Assembly (NCBI GenBank): GCA_036013055.1
Contig: DASCQM010000003.1
Location: forward strand, 71,360-135,359
Direction of reading: 5' to 3'
From: Dehalococcoidia bacterium
Lineage (GTDB): Bacteria; Chloroflexota; Dehalococcoidia; UBA2979
Length of the DNA stretch: 64,000 nt
The position numbers and the translations under genes were made by a program. The notes beneath the pieces were generated by a model. The model saw nothing but the letters and a program-made list of their open reading frames with translations. It was not told the DNA's origin and searched no databases. Positions 17,860 to 28,979 of the stretch are shown here, in pieces; the first letter of the stretch is position 1, and every line of letters starts with the position of its first letter.

Positions 17860-19212
17860 TCAGTCCACGTCCAGTGACATCAGGTCCTCGGCGCTCTCAC
17901 GACGCCGGATCAGACGCGCCTCACCATCGTCGACCAGCACGACGGCCGGGCGGTAGGAGTGGTTGTAGTTGGAGGCCATCGAGAGCTGATACGCGCCGGA
18001 TGCCGGGACAGCCAGCACCTCGCCCTCCCGCAGCGCGGGCAGATTCGCGTCCTTCAGCAGCACATCGCCCGACTCGCAGTACTTGCCAGAGACGGTCACG
18101 ACCTCCTCGGCGGGAGCGAGCGGCCGCTCAGCCGAGAGCGCTTCATAGCGCGCGCCGTAGAGCGTCGGACGGATGTTGTCGGCCATGCCACCATCGACGG
18201 AGACATAGGTGCGCACGCCCGGGATCGCCTTGCGCGAACCAACACTGTAGAGCGCGACGCCAGCACGCGCGGCGATCGCGCGGCCGGGTTCAACGGTGAG
18301 GTGGGGCAGGGGGAAGCCGTGCCTGTCGGCCTCGCGCTGCAGCGAGCCGGCGATCACGTCTGCGTACTGCTGCGGCGTCGGCGGCTCGCGGTCGGACTCG
18401 TAGCCGACGGCAAAGCCGCCGCCGGGCGAAAACTCCTGCACCTCCAGCCCGAGCTTGTCGCGGCAGACATCGGCGATGAACTGCCCGGCGACCTCGATAG
18501 CGTAGTCGTACGGCTCGAGGTCGAAGAGCGGACTGCCGAGGTGCAGGTGTAGCCCGCGGAATTCGAGGTTCGGTGCAGCGACGATCGCGCGTAGCGCCGT
18601 CTCGGCGTCGCCACCAGTAACGGGCACCCCAAACTTCACGTCGATGATCCCGGTCGTGGTCTTCTCGTGCGTGTGCGCATCGACCCCGGGCGAGATGCGC
18701 AGTAGCACCGGCTGCACGATCCTCGCTGCCGCGGCGGCCGCGTTGGCTCGCTCGATCTCGTCGATGTTGTCGATCACGACGCGACCAACGCCCAGCTCGG
18801 CAGCGAGCCGCAGTTCGTCGGCACCTTTGTTGTTGCCGTGGAAGTAGACGCTCGCCATGTCCACGCCGGCGGCTCGCATCACCTCGATCTCGCCGCCCGA
18901 GACCGCGTCGAAGGCCAGCCCCTGGTCGGCAATCAGGCGCGCGAACGGGCGGTTGAGGAACGCCTTCGCGCCGTAGACGACCACGCTGTCCGGGTAGGCG
19001 GACTCGAAGGCTCCGCGGTAGGCGGCGGCCTGCTCACGCACGGTCTGCGCGTCATAGACGTAGAGCGGCGTGCCGAACTCGCGCGTCAGTTCAAGCGCGT
19101 CGATGCCAGCGAGCGTGAGGTGACCCTCGGGCGAGAGCCCGGCACTGGCTGGAAACAGGTTCGAGAGCGGCAGCGAAGCTACCGTGTCGCTACTCAAGGC
19201 TCTACCCCGCAA
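17860..19212 (-). CDS. lysA: diaminopimelate decarboxylase
   Basis: TPLYVYD, YGAKAF (PLP Lys), HLHLGS, EPGR, and CESGD motifs. The true start may lie a few codons inside the track start. Confidence 0.9.
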   Translation of the reverse strand: MRGRALSSDTVASLPLSNLFPASAGLSPEGHLTLAGIDALELTREFGTPLYVYDAQTVREQAAAYRGAFESAYPDSVVVYGAKAFLNRPFARLIADQGLAFDAVSGGEIEVMRAAGVDMASVYFHGNNKGADELRLAAELGVGRVVIDNIDEIERANAAAAAARIVQPVLLRISPGVDAHTHEKTTTGIIDVKFGVPVTGGDAETALRAIVAAPNLEFRGLHLHLGSPLFDLEPYDYAIEVAGQFIADVCRDKLGLEVQEFSPGGGFAVGYESDREPPTPQQYADVIAGSLQREADRHGFPLPHLTVEPGRAIAARAGVALYSVGSRKAIPGVRTYVSVDGGMADNIRPTLYGARYEALSAERPLAPAEEVVTVSGKYCESGDVLLKDANLPALREGEVLAVPASGAYQLSMASNYNHSYRPAVVLVDDGEARLIRRRESAEDLMSLDVD

Positions 19213-19337
19213 GAGCGGAGTGCGGATGTTTCAGTCGTCAAACGTCGATACCGTACCGCGCCCGCACTCTCAGCAGCGCAGCTCCGGACTTCGAGTATCG
19301 CACGTGCGCAGCAATCGAGCGCAACGGGCCTGACGAT

Positions 19338-20498
19338 CTAGCGCGTCAGCGCAACCTTCCACTCGCGCTCGCCCTCTTCGACGGTCACGTCGCCCAGCCC
19401 GACGAGGCGCGCGATGTGGGAGCGGATCTGGCCGCTCGCGGCGCGTCGCAATCCCTTCTGAATCTCGGGATAGATCGAACGGCGGATCTGGCGGTCGCTG
19501 TCGTAGCCGCGGTCAATCAACTCGATGATCTGGCGGTCGCGTTCCTTGCGATGGTCGATCAGTTCCTGAACCTTGGCGTCGGTCGCGCGCACGGCCGGCC
19601 CGTGGCCCGGTGCCATCAACGTCGACTGCAACTCCTGCATGCGCAGCAGGCTCTCCAGGTACTGCTCCATGTCGCCGCGCGGCGGCGGGCCGATCGCCGA
19701 AGTGCCGACGCCGAGCACGTTGTCGCCGGTGAAGAGCATCCCCGTCTCAGGCACCCAGTAGCAGTTGTGCCCGGCGGTGTGGCCGGGTGTGTGCACCGCG
19801 CGCACAGTGAGCTTGCCGACCTTGAACTCGTCGCCGTCGGCCATCTCTAGGTCGATCGGTGTGTTCACCGCTTCGTCGTGCCAGACCTTGGCGCGCTCGT
19901 TGATCTCCTCCTCGTCGGGAAGGTCCTCGTTGGAGTCGGTCGGCGTGTGCAGCAGCTCGGCGTCGATCGGGTTGATCGCGGTCTGCGCGCCCAGCGCCTC
20001 GCGCAGCTTGCGCCCGCCCGAGGAGTGGTCGAAGTGGTGGTGGGTGATCGCGATGTACTTGTAGTCGAGCCCCGACATCTCCTTCTTCAGGTAGTCCACG
20101 CGAGCATCGACCGAGGGGTCGTCGCCGTAACCGGAATCGATCAGCGCGGCCTCGTCACCGTCATGCAGGATCCAGACGTTCGACGTCGGGAAGGTGCGGG
20201 TGAACATGCGCACCATCACCACGTGTTGCGTCAGGTTGTCGTCGATCACGTTCGTGCGCGTATCGACCTTCACCTTGCCCTTTCGCTTCGTCTTCGCCTT
20301 AGATGTCGCCCGGCGCTTCGGAGCCTTCTTCGTCTTGAACTTGAAGCCGAGCGCCTTCAGCAAAACGACCTGCTGATCGGTGAGCGCGGAGCTGCCGACG
20401 ATGCCGCGCACGGCCTCCGCGTGCTTCTCGCTCTCGACGACATGCATCGTCGTTCCGGCGATTTCGCGGTCGGTGACAGTGATCGTGGCGGGCGACAT
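19338..20498 (-). CDS. MBL-fold metallo-hydrolase with N-terminal extension and Lys-rich linker
   Basis: The track ORF (to 20810) was shortened to ATG 20498 (AAGGAG 6 nt upstream). ITHHHFDHSSG and HTPGHT are the MBL motifs. The N-terminus carries KFKTKKAPKRRATSKAKTKRKGKVKV. Confidence 0.8.
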   Translation of the reverse strand: MSPATITVTDREIAGTTMHVVESEKHAEAVRGIVGSSALTDQQVVLLKALGFKFKTKKAPKRRATSKAKTKRKGKVKVDTRTNVIDDNLTQHVVMVRMFTRTFPTSNVWILHDGDEAALIDSGYGDDPSVDARVDYLKKEMSGLDYKYIAITHHHFDHSSGGRKLREALGAQTAINPIDAELLHTPTDSNEDLPDEEEINERAKVWHDEAVNTPIDLEMADGDEFKVGKLTVRAVHTPGHTAGHNCYWVPETGMLFTGDNVLGVGTSAIGPPPRGDMEQYLESLLRMQELQSTLMAPGHGPAVRATDAKVQELIDHRKERDRQIIELIDRGYDSDRQIRRSIYPEIQKGLRRAASGQIRSHIARLVGLGDVTVEEGEREWKVALTR

Positions 20499-20575
20499 GC
20501 GGTGCTCCTTGGCGCGCGCGGAACCTAGCAGCGCCGTGATCGCGCGGTCAAGGCGCGCCGCGTACGCTGCGGCGC

Positions 20576-21520
20576 ATGGTCGACGTGACCGCTCACCTCT
20601 CGCCGCAGCGCCTCGGGCGCATCCGCTCGCTGCTCCTCGACTGGTACGAGGCGGAAGGCGACGACTTCCCGTGGCGAACCGGCCGCAACCCCTACGCGGC
20701 GCTGGTCGCGGGCGTCTGCTCGCAGCAGACTCAGATCTCGCGCGTCCTGATCCTCTACGAGCGATGGATGGCGGCGTTCCCGACTGTCGACGACGCGGCA
20801 ACCGCGACACGTGCGCACGTGCTGCGGGTCTGGGGACGAGGCGGCTTCCCGCGTCGGGCGGTCGCGCTACACGAGGCGGCGCAGATCTGCGTAGAGCAGC
20901 ACGGCGGCGAGTTGCCGCGCGACCCCGAAGCGCTGCTGGCGCTGCCGGGCGTCGGCCCGTTCACCGCCGCGATCGTGCGTTGCTACGGCTTCGGCGAGGA
21001 CTCAGTGGCGATCGACACGAACATCGTGCGCGTCGTCGGAAGGCTCGTGCTCGGCGACCTGCAGCCCGCACGAGATACGCCCGCAGCCGCCATCGAACAG
21101 GCCGCGACGCGCCTGCTGCGACCCGGCACTGCTCCGCAGTGGAACCCCGCGCTGATGGAGTACGGCGGGCGCGTCTGCACGCCCCGCCCGCACTGCGGCG
21201 AGTGCGTGCTCGCGCATCTCTGTGCTGCTCGCCCTCGCTTCGATGCCGGCGAGCGCGCGGAGCCGGTGCGCGCGCAGGCTCGCTTCGAGGGCTCGGACCG
21301 CCAGTTACGGGGCCGCATCATGCGCGCGCTGCGAGCCGCGACGAACGTCGAAGGCCTCACTGTCACCGCGCTGGTACGCGAACTGGCGACGTCACCGGCG
21401 GAGCAGGCACGCGTGCGCTCGCTGCTCGTCGCGCTCTGCGACGACGGGCTGGCGTGGATGCAGGGACGCCACTGCGGGCTCGGTAACGAACCACCGACAC
21501 AGGCCCAGCGACGGCGATAG
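20576..21520 (+). CDS. HhH-GPD base-excision DNA glycosylase (MutY/Nth-like) with Fe-S cluster loop
   Basis: W...GDDFPWR....PY...V...CSQQTQ, LPGVGPFTA (hairpin-helix-hairpin), and CTPRPHCGECVLAHLC. No obvious NUDIX-like MutY C-domain. Confidence 0.75.
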   Translation: MVDVTAHLSPQRLGRIRSLLLDWYEAEGDDFPWRTGRNPYAALVAGVCSQQTQISRVLILYERWMAAFPTVDDAATATRAHVLRVWGRGGFPRRAVALHEAAQICVEQHGGELPRDPEALLALPGVGPFTAAIVRCYGFGEDSVAIDTNIVRVVGRLVLGDLQPARDTPAAAIEQAATRLLRPGTAPQWNPALMEYGGRVCTPRPHCGECVLAHLCAARPRFDAGERAEPVRAQARFEGSDRQLRGRIMRALRAATNVEGLTVTALVRELATSPAEQARVRSLLVALCDDGLAWMQGRHCGLGNEPPTQAQRRR

Positions 21521-21596
21521 CCGCGAGCGCGACGGCTCACCCAACTCGCGCAGTACGATACTGGGACACCCGACGCCCAACGAGACGGAGTCACCA

Positions 21597-22247
21597 GTGC
21601 CGCAGGTCTACGCCGACGACAACATCACGATCGAGCTGTTCCCCGCGCTCGGGCGCATGGCGAACAACAGCTACGTGCTGCGCTCGACCGACGGCAGCGG
21701 CCTCGCGATCGTCGATGTGCCAGAGGGCGTCGAAGCGGTGCTCGATGCGCTCGGCGACGACTGTGCGCGCGTCGACCACGTGCTGGTGACGCACTCCCAC
21801 GGCGACCACTGGGGCGGCTACGACGCGATGCGTGAACGCGTGGCGGCGGCGGTCTCCGCAGGTGCGGAAGAGACAAACCTCGACGAGTCGCGCAACGTGC
21901 AGCCGCTGGCCGAGGGGGACGCGATCACCCTCGGTAGTGCGACCGTCGCGGTGATCCACACGCCGGGGCATACGCCGGGCTCGATCTCGCTGCTCGTCGG
22001 TGGCGCGGTGATCACCGGCGACACGCTCTTCCCGGGCGGCCCCGGGCACTCGCGCAGCAACGAAGCGCTCCAGCAGGAGATCGATTCGATCACCTCGAAG
22101 CTGCACACGCTGCCAGATGCGACGCTCGTCCTGCCCGGTCACGGCGACTCGACGACGGTCGCCGAGTCGAAGGCGGAGTACGCCGTCTTCGCGGGCAAGG
22201 AGCATGATCCGGACCTGCACGGGGATGTGAACTGGCTGGAGTCGTAG
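21597..22247 (+). CDS. MBL-fold metallo-hydrolase (glyoxalase II-like)
   Basis: GTG 21597 (GGAG 6 nt upstream) within track ORF 21222..22247. THSHGDHWGG, HTPGHTPGS, GDTLF and PGHG motifs. Confidence 0.8.
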   Translation: MPQVYADDNITIELFPALGRMANNSYVLRSTDGSGLAIVDVPEGVEAVLDALGDDCARVDHVLVTHSHGDHWGGYDAMRERVAAAVSAGAEETNLDESRNVQPLAEGDAITLGSATVAVIHTPGHTPGSISLLVGGAVITGDTLFPGGPGHSRSNEALQQEIDSITSKLHTLPDATLVLPGHGDSTTVAESKAEYAVFAGKEHDPDLHGDVNWLES

Positions 22248-22292
22248 CCCCTTGATTGCCCGTCACCAGCGACAGCCCTAGCATCAGCCACC

Positions 22293-23558
22293 GTGGCACT
22301 GATAGAAACGCTCGACAACGGATTGCGGCTCGTCGCCACCTCGGTCCCGCAGGCCCGCTCGGTCTCGATCTCCTTCTACCTGGCCGCGGGGTCGCGCTAT
22401 GAGAGTGCGGCCGACGCCGGGCTCTCGCACTTCATCGAGCACCTCTGCTTCAAGGGCACGAACCGCCGACCGCTGCCGCAGGACATCGCGATCGAGATCG
22501 ACCGCATGGGCAGCACGATCAACGCCGTCACCGACCGCGAACTGACGGTCTACTACGCGAAGGTCGTCCCAGAACACGCCGGGCAGGCCTTCGATGTGCT
22601 TGCCGACATGCTCCGCGACTCGCTCTTCCGCGAGCCCGAGATCGAACGTGAGCGCGGAGTGATCCTCGAGGAGCTGGCCGCGACGGAGGACTCGCCCGCG
22701 GAACAGGTGGGGCTGCTGCTCGACCGCCTGCTCTGGGCGGAGCAACCGCTCGGCCGTGACATCGCCGGTTCGCCGCAGACGGTCACGGCAATCACGCCAG
22801 AGCGGCTGACGCAGTACTACCGCGACCAGTACGTCGCGGACAGCGTCGTTGTCTCCGTCGCCGGGGCGATCGACGAGCGGGAGACGGCTGACCTGATCCG
22901 CCGCACGCTCGGCGACTGGAGTTCCGGCGGCCCGGCCGACTGGCTGCGCGAGGAGAGCCGGCTACGAGGGGAGCGCGTTGGGACGATCGAGAAGGAGACG
23001 GAGCAGGTCCACATCTCCTTTGGCACCCGCGGTCTCAGCTACCGGGACGAAGATCGCTACCCGCTCGACGTGCTCTCGGTGCTGCTCGGCGAGGGCATGT
23101 CGTCGCGCCTCTTCGCCCGCCTGCGTGAGGAGCTGGGCCTCTGCTACGACATCCACACCTACGTCTCGCATCTCCGCGACACCGGCATGTTCGGGCTCTA
23201 CGCGGGAGTCGACCCCGGGAACGCGCGCGAGGCTGTGGCTGAGATCGCTGCCGAGCTGCGACGGGTGCGCGAGCCGGTCAGCAGCGAGGAGCTCGACCGC
23301 GCCAAGGGCCTGATCCGCAGCCGCGTGCAGCTCCGCTTCGAGGACACGCGTGCCGTCTCCGCCTGGCACGGCTCGCAGGAGATCCTCGACCTGCCGCGCC
23401 TCACGCCCGAAGAGGCGATCGCGCAGACCGAGGCAGTCACGATCGAAGACATCGAACGCGTCGCCGCACGCGTGATCAACGACGACGCACTGCACATCGC
23501 GCTCGTCGGACCGATCGACGGCGCGGAGATCACGGCCGGGGTGAGCATCGATGGCTAG
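22293..23558 (+). CDS. M16-family (insulinase-like) zinc peptidase
   Basis: HFIEHLCFKGT (inverted HxxEH zincin motif) and downstream E...E. Confidence 0.85.
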   Translation: MALIETLDNGLRLVATSVPQARSVSISFYLAAGSRYESAADAGLSHFIEHLCFKGTNRRPLPQDIAIEIDRMGSTINAVTDRELTVYYAKVVPEHAGQAFDVLADMLRDSLFREPEIERERGVILEELAATEDSPAEQVGLLLDRLLWAEQPLGRDIAGSPQTVTAITPERLTQYYRDQYVADSVVVSVAGAIDERETADLIRRTLGDWSSGGPADWLREESRLRGERVGTIEKETEQVHISFGTRGLSYRDEDRYPLDVLSVLLGEGMSSRLFARLREELGLCYDIHTYVSHLRDTGMFGLYAGVDPGNAREAVAEIAAELRRVREPVSSEELDRAKGLIRSRVQLRFEDTRAVSAWHGSQEILDLPRLTPEEAIAQTEAVTIEDIERVAARVINDDALHIALVGPIDGAEITAGVSIDG

Positions 23559-24033
23559 CGAGCGCCCGCCGTCCGACGACCGCCCGGAGCGCCTGCTCGT
23601 CGCCGCGCGCCTGCAGACGGGCCTCGAAGCGGGCGTGGAAACGGAGCCGGGAGCCGACGATGCCCCGCGCTACGTCTTCGTGCGCTGGGAGGACTGGCCG
23701 CACCCCGCGATGCTCTCGATCGCCCTGCCCGGCGTCAGCGAGGACCTGCCCCACGCCGTGCAGACGTTGATGGGGCGGCTCAACCTCACCGTCAGCGCAA
23801 ACGGCGCGATCAAGACGGCGGAGCAGCGCATCCCCGTGCGCATGGCACACCCGCGCTTCGGTGGCTCGGAACTCGGCTGGCTACGCCCGCTCGCCGTCAG
23901 TGTGACCGGTGAGCCTCAACCGGATGCGATGCTGGAAGGCGTCGAGCTACTCGCCCTCGATCAAGCGCTCGAGGCGCTGCCGACGGAGGTCGAACGCACC
24001 GTACTGCGAGCGGCGGACGCGCTCTTCGACTAG
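23551..24033 (+). CDS. hypothetical protein
   Basis: 160-aa ORF that overlaps the M16 stop by 8 nt, suggesting coupling. High GC3. No motif recognised. Confidence 0.5.
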   Translation: MASERPPSDDRPERLLVAARLQTGLEAGVETEPGADDAPRYVFVRWEDWPHPAMLSIALPGVSEDLPHAVQTLMGRLNLTVSANGAIKTAEQRIPVRMAHPRFGGSELGWLRPLAVSVTGEPQPDAMLEGVELLALDQALEALPTEVERTVLRAADALFD

Positions 24034-24088
24034 CCGGCGGACAAATCACGCCGCGCCACCCGCGGCCTCAGACACGCAACGTCAGATA

Positions 24089-24119
24089 CAAACAGGCCGC
24101 CCATCGGGCGGCCTGTTTG
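24089..24119. terminator. bidirectional terminator hairpin
   Basis: CAAACAGGCCGCCC-ATC-GGGCGGCCTGTTTG is a 14-bp perfect stem between convergent genes. On the minus strand it serves groEL. Confidence 0.7.
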
Positions 24120-24178
24120 CCTTGCTCTGGAAGTCACTCTCGATGTTGGGACCGAGCGGGTATCCCTACCGGCAGGGA

Positions 24179-25858
<1,680 letters not shown>

Positions 25859-25954
25859 TCAGGCCCAATCAGTCGATACGGTTCTCTACGCTTGGGATCT
25901 CTGCAGTTGAGATCCCTACGGTGTTCGCTGCTCCCTCTGGAGCCGGCGTCCCCG

Positions 25955-26278
25955 TTAGCTCTTCTTCTTGCGTGCGGGCTTCGCGTCCTCAAGCTTCGCG
26001 AGCACGTCGCCAAACTTGATGATCAGGTAGTCCTCCTTGTCGACCGTGACTTCCTGGCCCGTGTACTTCTGGTAGAGCACGCGGTCACCGGACTTCAGAT
26101 CGACTGACTCAACGACACCGGCATCGTTCATCTTGCCCGGGCCGACTGAGAGCACTTCGCCGTGCTGCGGCTTCTCCTTGGCGGAGTCGGGGATGACGAG
26201 TCCAGATGCGGTGACTTCTTCCGACTCCACCGCCTGGAGGACGATGTGGTCGGTCATTGGTACAACGTTGGTCGGCAA
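25955..26278 (-). CDS. groES: co-chaperonin GroES
   Basis: VLQAVESEEVTASGLVIPDSAKEKPQ.GEV..VGPG is the GroES mobile loop and core. TTG start 26278 has GAGGAGG 7 nt upstream. Confidence 0.92.
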   Translation of the reverse strand: MPTNVVPMTDHIVLQAVESEEVTASGLVIPDSAKEKPQHGEVLSVGPGKMNDAGVVESVDLKSGDRVLYQKYTGQEVTVDKEDYLIIKFGDVLAKLEDAKPARKKKS

Positions 26279-26346
26279 GACGTTGCCTCCTCATTTCAAC
26301 GAGCGCGCGAACCCGCGCAGCTCACTTCTGATAGCTAAGCCGAGGG

Positions 26347-26376
26347 ATGTTAGCACTCTCATTGGTAGAGTGCCAA
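26347..26376 (-). promoter_or_regulatory. candidate groES promoter TTGGCA-18 nt-TAACAT embedded in CIRCE
   Basis: On the minus strand the -35 TTGGCA is one CIRCE arm (26376-26371). The -10 TAACAT spans the end of the other arm (26352-26347). Confidence 0.4.
26350..26376. promoter_or_regulatory. CIRCE operator (HrcA site) TTAGCACTC-N9-GAGTGCCAA
   Basis: 17/18 match to TTAGCACTC-N9-GAGTGCTAA, located about 70 nt upstream of groES. Confidence 0.85.
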
Positions 26377-26481
26377 CACACGGAACGCCCGACTCGGCGG
26401 GAATCTCGCTGCGGGCCTCGCTGCATCGTGCTGCATGTGTTACGTCGAGTTGACTTACACGGCTTCGTGTAAACTGCGGGC

Positions 26482-26760
26482 GTGGCTGACGATCGGCGCC
26501 CCGACGCGAACGAGGAACGCAGCGAACGCGGCTGGGACGCCGCACGTGTCCAGCAGCTACGCGGGCACATCGCAGCGACGCAGGATCAACTCGCGAGCAG
26601 GCTCGGCACGCGTCAGCAGACGGTCTCCGAGTGGGAGGTTGGCAATAGCACGCCGCGGCGGATGTCGCGCCGGCTCCTGCATCTGGTAGCGGAGGAGAGC
26701 GGCTTCTACGACGTCGAAGCGGCCGGGAGCGACGACACTGACTCGGAAGTCGCCTCGTGA
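26482..26760 (+). CDS. XRE-family HTH protein
   Basis: TQDQLASRLGTRQQTVSEWEVGNSTP is a Cro/C1-type HTH. GTG start. GTGA overlap with the next gene. Confidence 0.7.
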   Translation: MADDRRPDANEERSERGWDAARVQQLRGHIAATQDQLASRLGTRQQTVSEWEVGNSTPRRMSRRLLHLVAEESGFYDVEAAGSDDTDSEVAS

Positions 26761-27853
26761 CCGCGATGACGGCGCCGCTACCGCGCCGCGAACGGGGTCG
26801 AGCTGTAGTGCGAGCTGCTGAGGCGCTCGCGACGTACCGCGCCGACGCGGACGATCGAGACGAGCCGCTCGCCGAACATGAATTGACGGCACTCTGGCTA
26901 CTCGGCCCCGGTCCCCTCCCAGCGCTGCCGTGGCCGCTACTGCGCGCAGGCCGCGCTGGGAGGGGACCGGGGCCGGACGTCCGCGAAGTCACGTTCGCGC
27001 GTGACGGCGTGCCGGCAAGCGGCGATGTCGAGCTGCATCTGCGGGCGTCGGACTTCTACCGCCATGGGCACGGACGCGACCCGGCGTACGACCGGGTCGT
27101 CCTGCACGTCGTCTGGGAGAACGACCTCGACGCAGAGATCACGCTCGCGAACGGAGTCACCGCGCCGACGGTCGCGCTCGCTCCAACGCTGCGCGCGCCC
27201 TCACGCGTGCGAACGCTGCTGCGACGTGGCCCGCTGCTCGCTCCGCCCTGCGCGCGGGTCGCGCCCCCAGCCGAAGACGGCGGCTCGCGGAACGCGTCTG
27301 GCGAGCCGCCCGGCTGGCGGAAGAGCGCGGCTGGGATGGCGCGTGGCAACAACTCCGGGAGCGAGCTCTGGCCGCGAGTGCGGGGCGGCGATCCCGCGCA
27401 CCTTCCGACGACGGACCCGGCGACCACATTGGCGCGGCTCGGCGCGAACGCGATCCGTGGCCGATCCTGAACGCGCTCGCGGACATGGCCAGCCCCGGCA
27501 AACTGATTGATGCGCTGCGGGACTGCTCGCTGCTGCCATCGGGACTCGGCCGCGGCCGCGCATCCGAGGTCGCGTGGAACGCCGTGCTCCCGTTGCTCGC
27601 TGCCCGTGCTGCCGCCTACGGCGACATCGCGCTCGCACGTCGCACCGCCGCGCTGGCATCGCAGTGGCCCGCGCCACGGCCATATGGCCGCACACGGACG
27701 CTCGCGGCGGCGCTCACGGGCAGCGAGCGCACACCACCGGGCGGCGGCGGCGCGCTGTGGGCGCAGGGCCTGCTGCATCTCCAGGAGCTGTGGTGCGAGC
27801 GTGGCGGCTGCGGCGCCTGTCCGCTGAGCGAACCGGCACGGCCGGGCGGGTAG
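26757..27853 (+). pseudogene. DUF2851-family gene interrupted by an apparent -1 frameshift
   Basis: The N-terminal part (26757..27470 frame) carries GDVELHLRASDFYRHGHGRDPAYDRVVLHVVW, the DUF2851 hallmark. The continuation (...RRLAERVWRAARLAEERGWDGAW...MASPGKLIDAL...GLLHLQELWCERGGCGACPL) reads in the frame of ORF 27485..27853, which is open from at least 27182. The switch lies around 27255-27285, where a C5 run sits at 27264-27268. Confidence 0.6.
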
Positions 27854-27881
27854 AACGCCGCAGTTCGCCCGGGCGATCGAG

Positions 27882-28883
27882 CTAGGCTGAGAGCCGCAGG
27901 CTCCCTCGACGTGCCGTCGGGAAGATATCCAGCGGGCCCGCGGGGTCGGTCGCGGCATCAAGATGGCGGAAGGCTGCGGCGCCGATCATCGCGGCGTTGT
28001 CGGTGCAGAGCGCGGGCGGCGGGATGAAGAGCGGGACGCCTGCACGCTCCGCCATGCGCTCGCGCAGCCGCCCGTTCGCGGCCACGCCACCGGCGAGCAG
28101 GATCGAACTGACGCCTTCACGCTCCGCGATGCGCGCCGTCTTGCGCGAGAGCACGTCAGCGACGGACTCCTCGAACGCCCACGCCACCTCGGCGGCCGGT
28201 GGCGCATCATCGGCCTGCACTGTGTGCAGCACCGCGGTCTTCAGGCCGGAGAACGAGAAATCGTCGCTGCCACGCATCCACGCGCGCGGCAGTCGCAGCG
28301 AGCGGTCGCTGGCGGTCAGTGCCAGTGCGGAGATCAACGGACCGCCCGGGTAGCCGAGGTCGAGCAGGCGCGCGACCTTGTCGAAGGCCTCACCGGCAGC
28401 ATCATCGCGCGTGCCGCCGAGACGGCGGAAGCGACCGTGATCCTCCATCAGCAGCAGCTCCGTGTGGCCACCCGAGACCGCGAGCGCGAGCGCGGGCAGC
28501 TCCGGCTCCTCCTCGCCGAGCCAGTTCGCGGCGACGTGCCCCTCGATGTGGTCGACGGGGATCAGCGGCAGGCCGCGCGCGTAGGCGACGCCACGCGCGG
28601 CGTTGAGGCCGACGACGAGCGCACCGGGCAACCCCGGTCCGGCGGTCGCCGCAATCGCGTCCAGGTCGTCCCAGCCGCACTCCGCTTGCCGCAGCGCCTC
28701 ACGCACGACCGGCAGGATCGCCCGCAGGTGCTCACGCGCGGCGACCTCGGGTACGACGCCGCCGGTCTCCGCGTGTAGCTGATCCTGCGAGGCGACGACG
28801 CTTGAGAGCGTGCGGCGACCGTCGACGACCACGGCGGCCGCCGTCTCATCGCACGATGTCTCCAGCGCGAGGATTCGCGTCAT
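27882..28883 (-). CDS. tsaD: tRNA N6-adenosine threonylcarbamoyltransferase TsaD
   Basis: MTRILALETSCDETAAAVV..., GGVVPE.A.R.H, GPGLPGAL.VG, and GGV.AN motifs. ATG 28883 is preferred over the track start 28919. Confidence 0.9.
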   Translation of the reverse strand: MTRILALETSCDETAAAVVVDGRRTLSSVVASQDQLHAETGGVVPEVAAREHLRAILPVVREALRQAECGWDDLDAIAATAGPGLPGALVVGLNAARGVAYARGLPLIPVDHIEGHVAANWLGEEEPELPALALAVSGGHTELLLMEDHGRFRRLGGTRDDAAGEAFDKVARLLDLGYPGGPLISALALTASDRSLRLPRAWMRGSDDFSFSGLKTAVLHTVQADDAPPAAEVAWAFEESVADVLSRKTARIAEREGVSSILLAGGVAANGRLRERMAERAGVPLFIPPPALCTDNAAMIGAAAFRHLDAATDPAGPLDIFPTARRGSLRLSA

Positions 28884-28979
28884 CGACCGGCCCTGCCCTT
28901 CAGGTCGCCTGTCGTTCACGTCGAGGGTACAGGCGGAACCAGTTGCGGTGGGAGCGGCGGCGCACTCCGCGTCGCGTAG

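Noticed and set aside
19213-19337. Lysine (L-box) riboswitch upstream of lysA.
   Set aside because: The spacer is only ~125 nt, and I could not find the conserved L-box helices or motifs.
26450-26475. TTGACT ... TAAACT upstream of the XRE gene as a strong promoter.
   Set aside because: The spacer is only 14 nt, too short for a sigma-70 promoter. Only the -10-like hexamer is kept, as a weak hint of a leaderless start.
27853-27866. GAAC-GCCGCA-GTTC between the convergent DUF2851 and tsaD genes.
   Set aside because: The spacing is N6 rather than N4, and it lies between two gene ends rather than in a promoter. It is more likely part of a weak terminator.
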